From positions 1 through 24,665 of the forward strand of contig JBFWVI010000044.1 of the NCBI GenBank assembly GCA_050246815.1: 24,665 nucleotides of DNA, written 5' to 3'. Made by a program: the position numbers and the translations under genes. Below are positions 1 to 8,455 of this stretch, piece after piece (within the stretch, counting starts at the first letter, position 1; each line of letters begins with the position of its first letter). The DNA comes from Bdellovibrionales bacterium (GTDB lineage Bacteria > Bdellovibrionota > Bdellovibrionia > Bdellovibrionales > UBA1609). The notes under the pieces are model-generated. The model was given only the letters and a program-made list of their open reading frames with translations. It did not search any database and had not been told where the DNA came from.

Positions 1-2
1 TG

Positions 3-1364
3 CTAAGCTTTATCTAGAATTAAGATACGTTCGCCCGGCGTCGTGAAGGCTCGTGTCCCCGTGTTGGTGAACGGACTTCCTGAAATAGCAACAAAAGTGC
101 CCGCCGAGACGTCAAACCAACGGGCTCGGACACTGGGAACCTGAATTGCAGCCATGTTGACCGAGAAATTAGCTCCCGGCGTGAAGATAAAGGCGAAACT
201 ACCGTCGGTTGCTAAAGCTGGGCAAATGGCCGAGGACCCTGATCCCAGCGCCGTCACTACAAGAGCTGTGCTCTTTTGCGGCACAAGTTTTTCCCACCTA
301 TACGCTTTTAGGAGAGACGACAGGTTTTTATAGTCGATCCAGGAATTTGCCAAGTAGCGGCTCAGTGCTGTTGCCGCGCCATAATTGTCTGGCGAATAGC
401 TTCCCATATGCCAAATAATGTCGTGACCACCAAAAAATCCCCCCAGACCACCGCCTAGAAGTGTCTGTATTGCGGGAATTCGACCCCCGCCGTTGGACCC
501 ATCCGGATTTTCGTAACCGGCTTCAATTAAGAAGAATGGGAGTGGGCCCGGGCGAGAATACGCGGTTGTCGCCAATGCAACTGCATCATCAGTATTGTCG
601 TGACCATAGATGTTGTTTAAATTCCAACCTGAATAACCTGAGGTCCAGGCTTTGTAACTTTCTCCATCGACACTGGTATGGCCATTTCTTGCGGTATGCC
701 CGGTTATTAGGTCGGTTGTTCGAACGCTTCGAATGCCAACCGCAATTTGCCATTGTTTTGTCCTGTCTGGTGTGGACGCGCTTCCATAGTTTCCGACGGC
801 TCCGAGATCATTCGGATCATCTCCACCCAAGACCCAGACGACATTTCCTTGTGCGTAGCGCCTTGCAAGGGCGGTACCATAAGCTTGAAGTGCTGCATTC
901 GTTGCCCCGCTGTACTCATTTCTCCACCCATCACTTCCATTCCCGTAGCCCGTGTAGGCCGGGGTAATAAAACAGGCGATTCCACGTGATTTGCACTCAT
1001 TTACAATAAAGTCTACTCGCTTCCAGTAGTTTTCGTTCATGACCCAATTTACGGGATTCATATTTGTGAATGGAGCGACGCGGTCCACGTTCAGATGGGC
1101 AGGAGTTTGATTGCTGTAAGCTTTTTCGATGGCAGAAAAGAGCAGGGCTGTGCAGCCTTTTGCGGCACGATCGTTGAGGTAAGATAGAATCTGATTGTTC
1201 GTGCAATTCACTGCCAATGACCACGGTGAATCCCCTACAACAATGAATGGGGTGCCATTGGCACCTTGCAAATATCTACCCGATGAATGAATCGAAAGCG
1301 GAAAAATCTCTTGAGAGGACGCCCTCACTTGGATTGTCACGCGCGATGAAGTCAATTTTCCCAT
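3..1364 (-). CDS. DUF4038 / apiosidase-like (GH140-related) TIM-barrel glycoside hydrolase-like protein with C-terminal putative collagen-binding-type beta domain; N-terminal shared tag, no signal peptide
   Basis: 453-aa ORF, complete (TAG at 3-5). Motifs typical of the family: GRYLQGANGTPFIVVGDSPW, YWKRVDFIV, YGTALARRY..NVVWVLGGD, LITGH, PFFLIEAGYE and C-terminal VRARWFDVSAG. An in-frame TGA lies three codons upstream of the ATG, so there is no hidden signal peptide. Confidence 0.8.
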   Translation of the reverse strand: MGKLTSSRVTIQVRASSQEIFPLSIHSSGRYLQGANGTPFIVVGDSPWSLAVNCTNNQILSYLNDRAAKGCTALLFSAIEKAYSNQTPAHLNVDRVAPFTNMNPVNWVMNENYWKRVDFIVNECKSRGIACFITPAYTGYGNGSDGWRNEYSGATNAALQAYGTALARRYAQGNVVWVLGGDDPNDLGAVGNYGSASTPDRTKQWQIAVGIRSVRTTDLITGHTARNGHTSVDGESYKAWTSGYSGWNLNNIYGHDNTDDAVALATTAYSRPGPLPFFLIEAGYENPDGSNGGGRIPAIQTLLGGGLGGFFGGHDIIWHMGSYSPDNYGAATALSRYLANSWIDYKNLSSLLKAYRWEKLVPQKSTALVVTALGSGSSAICPALATDGSFAFIFTPGANFSVNMAAIQVPSVRARWFDVSAGTFVAISGSPFTNTGTRAFTTPGERILILDKA

Positions 1365-1507
1365 TTGTTCTCACAATCTTAAGGCAATGTTTTGAAGGAA
1401 GAAGTTTTCTATCATTTGCCCCTAAAACTAGGATTCTATCCAATTTTGAGTGTCATGACAAATGGCTGCGCGCCAAAAGCAATCTGCGTTTTAACTATGA
1501 ACAAACC

Positions 1508-1522
1508 GCCTCAGATTGAAAC
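1508..1522. promoter_or_regulatory. Palindromic motif RTYTCA-N3-TGARAY copy (GCCTCAgatTGAAAC)
   Basis: One mismatch to the consensus seen 7 times in island non-coding or gene-boundary DNA; upstream of the 1364(-) gene. Confidence 0.5.
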
Positions 1523-1578
1523 TGAATTCAGTCGGTTGAGTTAAAATGTTCTATGGTGGGCCATGATGGCGCGAAAGT

Positions 1579-1593
1579 GTCTTAATTTGAGAT
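1579..1593. promoter_or_regulatory. Palindromic motif copy (GTCTTAattTGAGAT)
   Basis: One mismatch to the consensus; upstream of the 1364(-) gene. Confidence 0.55.
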
Positions 1594-1744
1594 GCATAAA
1601 GCGAAGGGTTCTGGTTTAATTTTCCTACGTGGATCATAGCCAGAGTCATCATCACAGTAATTGGATTCTTTATTCTCAATTTTTCGTTTGATCGGTTCAA
1701 GCCGAAAGTGAATGGGGATCAGGATTTCGCTGAACAGCGCGCGA

Positions 1745-1942
1745 CAACCCGCACTTCAAGTACTCTTCGAATTCTTTTTTGACAAAGTCTGGTAGGCCGC
1801 CAGACTCTTCAATTTGTGTAAGAAATGTGAGCCAATTCTCTTGCACGATCTTGTAGAGCGTCGCCTCTTCAGGAAGTCGCCGCCTATAACAGAAACTCTG
1901 AGTGGTTGAAACATTTCTGCTTGATGGAGCCGGGCATGCCAT
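1745..1942 (-). pseudogene. Truncated IS91-family (rolling-circle, Y2) transposase: N-terminal fragment running into the zinc-binding domain
   Basis: Translation YRRRLPEEATLYKIVQENWLTFLTQIEESGGLPDFVKKEFEEYLKCG matches the characteristic N-terminus of IS91-like transposases. Similarity stops right after KCG and the frame ends at 1697; no catalytic domain is present. Confidence 0.75.
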
Positions 1943-2110
1943 GGCCCAGCGGCACTGCAATGTTCTCTCTCATGTGAGGGCGACTAAATTGCGCGTTTTT
2001 CGATACAACGCGCTCCATCCGTCCGAGTAGGGCCATCAGCTCAATCAAATCTCTTTCAGCATTCAAATCGAGTGCCTAAAAATGAAGAAATAAGTTCAAT
2101 TAAAAACCGT

Positions 2111-3340
2111 TTAAGGTTTCTGCAAAGGATGAGGATAAGGATAGGCCGTGTAACCAGGTTTGGGTGTTGTACTGTTGATAAAATCCCGGCCAGCTTTGAC
2201 ATGGTTACAACCTTCCGTGCATGCCATGCCTGCATCGGCATTGTTGGATTTATTGCCCCACAAGTACAATGGATAGCTCACAGCCGTAGGCCCTTCACCG
2301 TGGGAGCCTATTTGATACTGGCAAATCCATCCCGACTCACCCGGGACATTTTTATCAGCCGGATCTGAACCATTGCACAGCTTAACAGATCGAGGATCAA
2401 ACGATTTGTAATCTATTGCTCCGATCACAACCGTGTAATCACCGGTAAAAGTATTTCCATAAATTGCACCCGTTCCGGCCGAAACATCAATTCCCTTCCA
2501 TTGGTTCGAGGTGTTTGAGAAGGTGTTATTGTAAATTTCGAAAGCATGAGCGCTGGCCAAACCACTTCTGGCTTTATCGTGGGTCTCCCACATTCCATTT
2601 TTAATGGTATTATTTCGAAACGCCTGGCGACCACCGCTGTTCATATCCATGACAGGGCGTTTCGTCACGCCGTAGTCATCATTAAATTGGAAAGTGTTGT
2701 CTTCCACAAAGAAAAAATCCGCTGTTCCCAATGTCAAGGGCGTGGCCCAATCCGAAGCGCCTTCTCCGTAGAGCATAATTCCAAAAGCTGAGCCTTGAAA
2801 AATATTGTTATCGATCAAACCGTGAGTGCTGGAGCTTCCTTTGATGGACCATCGATTGTTGTTATCGAAAGTGTTGTGGTGAATTCTTAAATTCTTCCAA
2901 CCCTTCGGACCGTAGGCTTGTATCGCCGTCCCATTCCAGTAATCCGCATCTCCGCCTTGAAACCAAAAACCCGAAATGTCCACGCGGCCTATTTTGTTTG
3001 ATATTTGAATATCCACAAGAGTGTGGTTAGTACCTCCGTAAACAATTTTAGTTCCACCCGCTTCGCGACCCGCTCCTTTTAAAGAGACTGTATTTTTTGA
3101 AATGGAAACGGCCGAGCTCCAGGTGCAGGTGCCCGCGGGCACAATCACTGTCACACCATCTGCTGCGCTGTTCACGGCCGATTGAACATCGACCTGCGAA
3201 CAGGAGGCCGCCATAATCTGACCGCCCGTGGGGGCGCTCGACACACTGATTTTTGCCGGTGAACTTTTCAGAGTCCTTGCCGATGCGGCTGTGCTCGACA
3301 GCATCAATATCATCAGGCCAAAAGCGAAAAGATGAGCCAT
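2111..3340 (-). CDS. Secreted right-handed parallel beta-helix protein (pectin-lyase-like fold), putative polysaccharide-active or binding; shared N-terminal tag
   Basis: ATG at 3340 with a G-rich RBS; signal peptide ending ASA. Cap motif AASCSQVDVQSAVNSAADGVTVIVPAGTCTW, Asn-ladder repeats (IHHNTF, IDNNIF, VEDNTF, FRNNTI, IYNNTF, IYGNTF) and C-terminal PGYTAYPYPHPL. Confidence 0.75.
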   Translation of the reverse strand: MAHLFAFGLMILMLSSTAASARTLKSSPAKISVSSAPTGGQIMAASCSQVDVQSAVNSAADGVTVIVPAGTCTWSSAVSISKNTVSLKGAGREAGGTKIVYGGTNHTLVDIQISNKIGRVDISGFWFQGGDADYWNGTAIQAYGPKGWKNLRIHHNTFDNNNRWSIKGSSSTHGLIDNNIFQGSAFGIMLYGEGASDWATPLTLGTADFFFVEDNTFQFNDDYGVTKRPVMDMNSGGRQAFRNNTIKNGMWETHDKARSGLASAHAFEIYNNTFSNTSNQWKGIDVSAGTGAIYGNTFTGDYTVVIGAIDYKSFDPRSVKLCNGSDPADKNVPGESGWICQYQIGSHGEGPTAVSYPLYLWGNKSNNADAGMACTEGCNHVKAGRDFINSTTPKPGYTAYPYPHPLQKP

Positions 3341-3486
3341 ATTCCCCCCCCTAGTCCCTACCAAAAACAGGTCCCATTACATTCTGAGTTTACCAAAGCA
3401 TAACAAATCGAAGTGATTCGACAATCAGATAGTCCGAGTTGAGACGTTAAAAGTGTTTAGTAACTGTGTAGCGACTGAATCAAGGT

Positions 3487-3512
3487 TGGAGTTACCCCGA
3501 ATTAGTGGACAC
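3487..3512 (+). mobile_element. Orphan IS3-family-like terminal inverted repeat
   Basis: TGGAGTTACCCCGAATTAGTGGACAC resembles IS3-family ends (TG...CCCC...GTGGACAC). No partner repeat or transposase seen in the window. Confidence 0.45.
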
Positions 3513-3671
3513 AAAATGCCCTCATCGAGTCCATGAATCTGTTTTTAATGTGGATAACGAAAGTGAAACGTATTGATGTGATTTTTCGTTAAGCAGATGT
3601 TTACTGTGATCAATATCAAAGAAGCCCGGATCCGGAGTGATCATCTCTATTCAGGTTAGTGAACTCGTATC

Positions 3672-3686
3672 GTTTCAATTTGAGAT
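3672..3686. promoter_or_regulatory. Palindromic motif copy (GTTTCAattTGAGAT)
   Basis: Perfect match to RTYTCA-N3-TGARAY in the divergent region between 3340(-) and 3776(+). Confidence 0.6.
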
Positions 3687-3775
3687 AAATAAACAGTCTC
3701 TAAACAGAAACATTCTCACGGACTTTATGGCCTACAAGCGTTTCGTCTAAACTGTTATTAACAAGGGGAATTGCC

Positions 3776-4825
3776 ATGAAGCTCATAAGGTACGCAAGTA
3801 TTTCATTTGTTGTTATGAATCTGATCATCATTCAACACTCTCAAGCCCGCACATTTAAATCACAAGCCGCGACCATATCGATAAAAGCTTCCTCTGGTAA
3901 CACCCTCCCCGAGGGAGCGGTTGGGCTTGCATCTCAGTACACTGGTGACACGGGTCTCGCGTCAGATACGAATGTCCTTTATTTTGATGACTTTGAATCC
4001 TACAACACCGCTTCGAACCTGATAGGTGCGGGCAAGTGGGACTCGGGCTATGGTATCAATAATATACGAATCGCTTCTGAGGCAGGTAATTTTTATTCAG
4101 GTACCAAAGCCGCCGAGTTTACACTGCCTAAAACAAGTGGCGAGGTCAGTATTGAGATCTTTAAAGAGCAAAATCTTCCCAAATTAGATACTGTTTTTGT
4201 TAGATTCTATGGAAAATATGCTACGGGTTTTGATGTTCTAGGCTCTAGCCATAATGGTGTATTTGTAGCCTCAAACTATTGGAGAGGTTTGTGTCAATCA
4301 TCCAATTCATGTGGCCCTGGTGTTAAAGCTAATGGTAAAAATAAATTTCTCATCAGTTACGAGGCTACTCGGAGCGCATCTAATCAGCCCAATCCTGGCA
4401 GTATAGCAACTTATATTTACCATCCTGAACAGAGAGATATATGGGGAGATATTTTTTTTCCGACTGGCAGAGTCATTCCATTTGATCTTACTCCGTATGA
4501 AGCCTTTAATGGAACATATTCGCAGCTTCCAACTTATATACCCTTTGTTTCTCGCCCAGAAGTAACCCCTCAACTAAATAAATGGCATTGTTTTGAAATA
4601 ATGGTTAAAGCAAACACTCCCGGTTCACGTGACGGCCGAATGGCTCTTTGGATAGATGGTAAGTTAATTGCTGATTTTACAAACCTACGCCTCAGGGACA
4701 TTGCAGAACTCAAAATTGACCATATTGGGCTCAGTTTACATGGAAACGGTGGAATATTAGAAACTTCAAAAAAATACTACGATAACGTCGTCATTGCAAA
4801 GTCGTATATTGGACCTATGAAGTAA
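3776..4825 (+). CDS. Secreted polysaccharide-lyase-like / ConA-like beta-jelly-roll protein; shared N-terminal tag
   Basis: 349 aa, RBS GGGGAA, signal peptide ending SQA. Motifs YFDDFES, VFVRFYGKY, KWHCFEIMVKANTPGSRDGRMALWIDGKL and YYDNVVIAKSYIGP. Confidence 0.7.
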   Translation: MKLIRYASISFVVMNLIIIQHSQARTFKSQAATISIKASSGNTLPEGAVGLASQYTGDTGLASDTNVLYFDDFESYNTASNLIGAGKWDSGYGINNIRIASEAGNFYSGTKAAEFTLPKTSGEVSIEIFKEQNLPKLDTVFVRFYGKYATGFDVLGSSHNGVFVASNYWRGLCQSSNSCGPGVKANGKNKFLISYEATRSASNQPNPGSIATYIYHPEQRDIWGDIFFPTGRVIPFDLTPYEAFNGTYSQLPTYIPFVSRPEVTPQLNKWHCFEIMVKANTPGSRDGRMALWIDGKLIADFTNLRLRDIAELKIDHIGLSLHGNGGILETSKKYYDNVVIAKSYIGPMK

Positions 4826-4908
4826 TCAACATTCTTGGATGGGTCTTTAGGACACTTCTTTCGAAATATCCTTTAACGTGAATATCAAGTTTCAAAGGGT
4901 TCAACGGT

Positions 4909-6861
4909 TCAGCCTCTCGCTTTCACGCCATATTGCGGGAATTCATTGAACTTCATTGAGTTACTGGCCCAGTTGCTGGCTCCAGTGATGCGCGCATATC
5001 CGGCGGCGGCACCGGTCGCGCCGTGGTCCACAGCAAATGCAAGCGCGGTGATCATGTGTCCCCAGTTGCCCTGCGGGAAGGCGGCGGCACTGCTATCGTC
5101 AGCATAGGCTTCTAGAATCGTGAGTCCCGCTGAAGAATCTAAATTATCACCATAGGTAGCCTGATATATTTCTTTGAATGTGTTGTAGAGAGATGAAGTA
5201 GAAGAAGAGGACCCGATGAGCATGCGATAGGGGCCCGGAGCACGTCGCCACGAAAATTCATTTAGCGCAGGGCCGCGGCCGGCAAGGCCGACCGGCAACC
5301 GATAGGCAAAATCACGCACGGCTTGATGAGAGGCGCGATCTGCCGCTGAAAGTTTCATTTCTTGATCCCAAGACCAGCCGATCGCAGCCACCATAAATAA
5401 TGACTCAAAAATAGAATGTTGAAATCCGGCTGCACCACCATCTTTGTCGTCGTAAATTCCCACCAGTCCAGTGGCGGGTGTGTTGGGTGCCACATGCGCA
5501 GACTGCCAATTTTTAAGATTGGCGACAACGTTGTTGCGACGATCTGTTTTTAACAAATCACTGTCAGGGGCAACGGCGGCAAGTGCCGCATGGGTGCGAT
5601 AGCGCCATGCGCGGCCGCGAGTCTGCGAAACAAACAAACGGCTTGTGCCTGCACCATTGACGGAGTTTGTGACGTAAGCCGCCCATGAATTGGCCTCGAT
5701 CACTTCAAGAAAAAATCTTTCAGCTGTGATAAGCCACGGCAAATAACCTGCATTGGGATGATGGGCGAATTCCCACTGGTTGTTGTTGGTGCCATTGCCA
5801 GCCATGCGTTCATCATTGATGTAAGCTGTGGGATAATCGGCCATGAGCGGAAGACGTCGTGTATTGGGATCACGATAAAAAATTGAATAGGTTCCGTAAG
5901 ATCGGCCATGTGCAATGCAGGAGTTATAGGCGCGCGCGTCTGAAGTCACACAAAATAGCGCATCCCAGTGGGGGAGAAGTCCTATGGAGGGCGCATAACC
6001 CACAGCACCCATGTCTTGCTCCCATTCCAGTCGGGCCATAGGTGTATAATTGCTCAGAACACCATTTAAAGTACTTTGGCTGGGCGCTCGCCAACCATAA
6101 TTGGGCACAAGCTTTGTGGCTAATAGGTAATTCACATTTATACTTGGCGTAATAACGGGATCAGCGCCATTGAATCCCACAACATCCCAGCGGGTCCCCT
6201 GTGGCATGCTCACTGCCCCTGAGAAGCGTTGATTGCCGGCAATACTCACGGTGGCTGCACCCGATTTTGAGCCCGAAGCATTAAAGGGCGCACTGCCGTT
6301 TTCAACCACCACGCGTACGCGGTAGCGGCCGTTAGACCAAAGCTGCACATGAAAAACGGCGCGCAGACTTGAATCGCCAGAGAAAGAACTCATGTACTGA
6401 AATGAAGCATAGTAGGGCCCCGCCTGCTCGGTAAGAACTCGAGCCGATGTGCCGAGCAGCGCTGAAAGATTAACGGTGCCATAGCTGCCATAACTCACAG
6501 AAGCCGAAGGGTTGAGCGCTATCAAATTGCTTTCATTCAACGGTGTTGCGGCGGCCACTGAAGCAATAGAAATGGTTAAAGTTCGAGGGGTGTTGGCAGC
6601 AAGATCAATGAGGCCAGAAATTACGCCATGTTTCAGACTGCCGTCATCCCAAGTTGAAATTGGTAAAATTTGTGTGGCGCTGGCATCGAGAGCGAGACCT
6701 TGACCGGCAGGAACATCACCTTTGCGAAACACATGGCCAGTAGAAAATGGCAAACTAACTCCGCCCACAGCACTTGTAAGACTAAAGCTAGCTACCGGTG
6801 CGCCTAAGACCGGAGGGCGAGTGATGGAAATTCTTACGGGATTTGATATTATTTTTGCCAT
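4909..6861 (-). CDS. Large putative carbohydrate-active protein (N-terminal PcRGLX/YetA-like barrel followed by probable helical catalytic region); shared N-terminal tag, no signal peptide
   Basis: Likely start ATG 6861 (AGGA RBS, just downstream of the upstream gene's stop at 6881), giving 650 aa. LPFSTGHVFRKGDVP and WDDGSLKHGVISG resemble the PcRGLX/YetA N-terminal domain. The C-terminal half is aromatic-rich and helical (HHPNAGYLPWLITAERFFLE, QTRGRAW). Confidence 0.6.
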   Translation of the reverse strand: MAKIISNPVRISITRPPVLGAPVASFSLTSAVGGVSLPFSTGHVFRKGDVPAGQGLALDASATQILPISTWDDGSLKHGVISGLIDLAANTPRTLTISIASVAAATPLNESNLIALNPSASVSYGSYGTVNLSALLGTSARVLTEQAGPYYASFQYMSSFSGDSSLRAVFHVQLWSNGRYRVRVVVENGSAPFNASGSKSGAATVSIAGNQRFSGAVSMPQGTRWDVVGFNGADPVITPSINVNYLLATKLVPNYGWRAPSQSTLNGVLSNYTPMARLEWEQDMGAVGYAPSIGLLPHWDALFCVTSDARAYNSCIAHGRSYGTYSIFYRDPNTRRLPLMADYPTAYINDERMAGNGTNNNQWEFAHHPNAGYLPWLITAERFFLEVIEANSWAAYVTNSVNGAGTSRLFVSQTRGRAWRYRTHAALAAVAPDSDLLKTDRRNNVVANLKNWQSAHVAPNTPATGLVGIYDDKDGGAAGFQHSIFESLFMVAAIGWSWDQEMKLSAADRASHQAVRDFAYRLPVGLAGRGPALNEFSWRRAPGPYRMLIGSSSSTSSLYNTFKEIYQATYGDNLDSSAGLTILEAYADDSSAAAFPQGNWGHMITALAFAVDHGATGAAAGYARITGASNWASNSMKFNEFPQYGVKARG

Positions 6862-6880
6862 ATTTTTCCTGGTCTCCGAA

Positions 6881-8077
6881 TTACAGTTTAAAAAAGGCGG
6901 GGCGTGCATTTGGGCCTGTGCAAGTAACAAACCCGCGAATTACGCCATCATCAACATAACCAAATCTTCCCCAGATTCCTTGACCCGACCAATTCGGATT
7001 TTCGACATTGTCGCCACCGCCTGTAACCTGTGTCCAATTCCAAGTGTCGGTTAGGTTGGTCGGAGGGGTGCAAAAGTAAAGAGTGTTCGAAGGTCCGCCC
7101 ACCACAAACCGCGAATTCATTTTATCCCAGGTCACGCCATGACTGCCCCCTGGCGGAGATGCTCCCGACGTTTTAAGCGTAATAAAAGCGGACGTGGAAA
7201 GATTCGAAACATCGGCAGCGCGCAAATAGCCAGTGTTGTCACCGGTGTGCAGAAGAACCCACTTTTTTGTCGGTGAGTGAGCCGCTGCTTGCCGGTCGCT
7301 GTATGAGCTGGGTGAATTGCTGGCTTCATTCACGTGTGACCAGGTGCGTGTTACAAAATCAAACGCAGCAAAACGATAGCGGCTGCCTTCCCAACAAATG
7401 GCTCGATTGTTGACGGAATCATAGACCACAACTTTGCCGGTGATTTCGGCAAAAAAACTTGGCGCCACTGTATTTGGATCCGGATAATCCGGATTTCTTT
7501 TCCAAACTAAAGCGTTGCCATTGGGCGCTGGATTATTAAAATCAAACGAATGCGAATAGTTCGACGAGCTACCGTCCTGCGAAAGACGAGCCCCTGTCAC
7601 TGCTGAAAAAAGTTCGTTGGTACCAGGGGCATATATGATGGATTGATAGGTGTGGCGAGAGTTCGGAGTGCCATCTGGGTTTTGACTGGTACTATAAGAG
7701 GGATTGGAATATGCATCGCGAACACGGAACCATGTGGGCGTGTTGTCACGCAATTTGAACAGCACCACTTCGTTGCCGCCATAAGCATTGTGGCCGCCAC
7801 CCCAAACCCCAAGTGAAGCTCCCAAATGCAGATTGCCATTGCGATCATAAAAGCTTTTGTTATTGATATAGCCGCCTGAATAACTGAATAAAGCAGTAGA
7901 TGTAACTTCTGAACAATTTGCTGCATCACCCGAAAGCTTCATGGGTCCGATGCCTGTCATAAATGATGAGCCGAGATTTTTCCAAGTGCCACTCGCCTGA
8001 GCATTGTACCAGGCGGGAGCGCCGCTTACGACTCCGCCCACCTTTATGGTAACCGGACCACTTATGATCTTGCTCAT
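6881..8077 (-). CDS. Kelch-like beta-propeller protein; shared N-terminal tag, no signal peptide
   Basis: 398 aa. GVWGGGHNAYGGNEV, PNSRHTY, repeated blade ends (DFVTRTW, TDTWNW), VVYDSVNNR and GIWGRFGY. Confidence 0.6.
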   Translation of the reverse strand: MSKIISGPVTIKVGGVVSGAPAWYNAQASGTWKNLGSSFMTGIGPMKLSGDAANCSEVTSTALFSYSGGYINNKSFYDRNGNLHLGASLGVWGGGHNAYGGNEVVLFKLRDNTPTWFRVRDAYSNPSYSTSQNPDGTPNSRHTYQSIIYAPGTNELFSAVTGARLSQDGSSSNYSHSFDFNNPAPNGNALVWKRNPDYPDPNTVAPSFFAEITGKVVVYDSVNNRAICWEGSRYRFAAFDFVTRTWSHVNEASNSPSSYSDRQAAAHSPTKKWVLLHTGDNTGYLRAADVSNLSTSAFITLKTSGASPPGGSHGVTWDKMNSRFVVGGPSNTLYFCTPPTNLTDTWNWTQVTGGGDNVENPNWSGQGIWGRFGYVDDGVIRGFVTCTGPNARPAFFKL

Positions 8078-8204
8078 TGCATTTACCCTAAAAGCCCATT
8101 GGCCCGAAAGAAGTTGATGTGTCGATCTTGATTCAATTTTATATTGTTGAGGTGCAATTTTAACTAACGAATTTACGATGGCAACATATGCAACCGACTG
8201 TAGA

Positions 8205-8219
8205 ATCTCATTTTGAGAC
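8205..8219. promoter_or_regulatory. Palindromic motif copy (ATCTCAtttTGAGAC)
   Basis: Perfect match in the divergent region 8077(-)/8456(+). Confidence 0.65.
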
Positions 8220-8348
8220 TCAATACTGTGTGCTGTAAACCTGGTCGAACGACATGCTGGCGATTTCTTCCTTCACGTCGTTCACATAATTTAGAAGTTC
8301 AGTCAAACTAACTTAAAATCAGTTATGAGTGATTGAAATGACGATAGG

Positions 8349-8363
8349 TTTTCAAAATGAGAC
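8349..8363. promoter_or_regulatory. Palindromic motif copy (TTTTCAaaaTGAGAC)
   Basis: One mismatch; upstream of 8456(+). Confidence 0.55.
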
Positions 8364-8391
8364 ACTTGAACTCGAATTGACTCGATTAAAA

Positions 8392-8406
8392 ATCTCAAAC
8401 GAAGAC
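8392..8406. promoter_or_regulatory. Degenerate palindromic motif copy (ATCTCAaacGAAGAC)
   Basis: Two mismatches; about 50 nt upstream of 8456(+). Confidence 0.4.
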
Positions 8407-8455
8407 AGTTTGAGTTCTTTCTTCAAATCATGCAGAAATAACCGATAATGAATGA

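Noticed and set aside
1884..2368. Short ORFs 1884..2066(-), 2056..2241(-) and 2072..2368(+)
   Set aside because: No recognisable motifs; they overlap the transposase stub or the beta-helix gene.
1438..3711. Further weak copies of the palindrome (1438-1452, 3431-3445, 3696-3711)
   Set aside because: Four or more mismatches or wrong spacing; only half-sites, so not counted.
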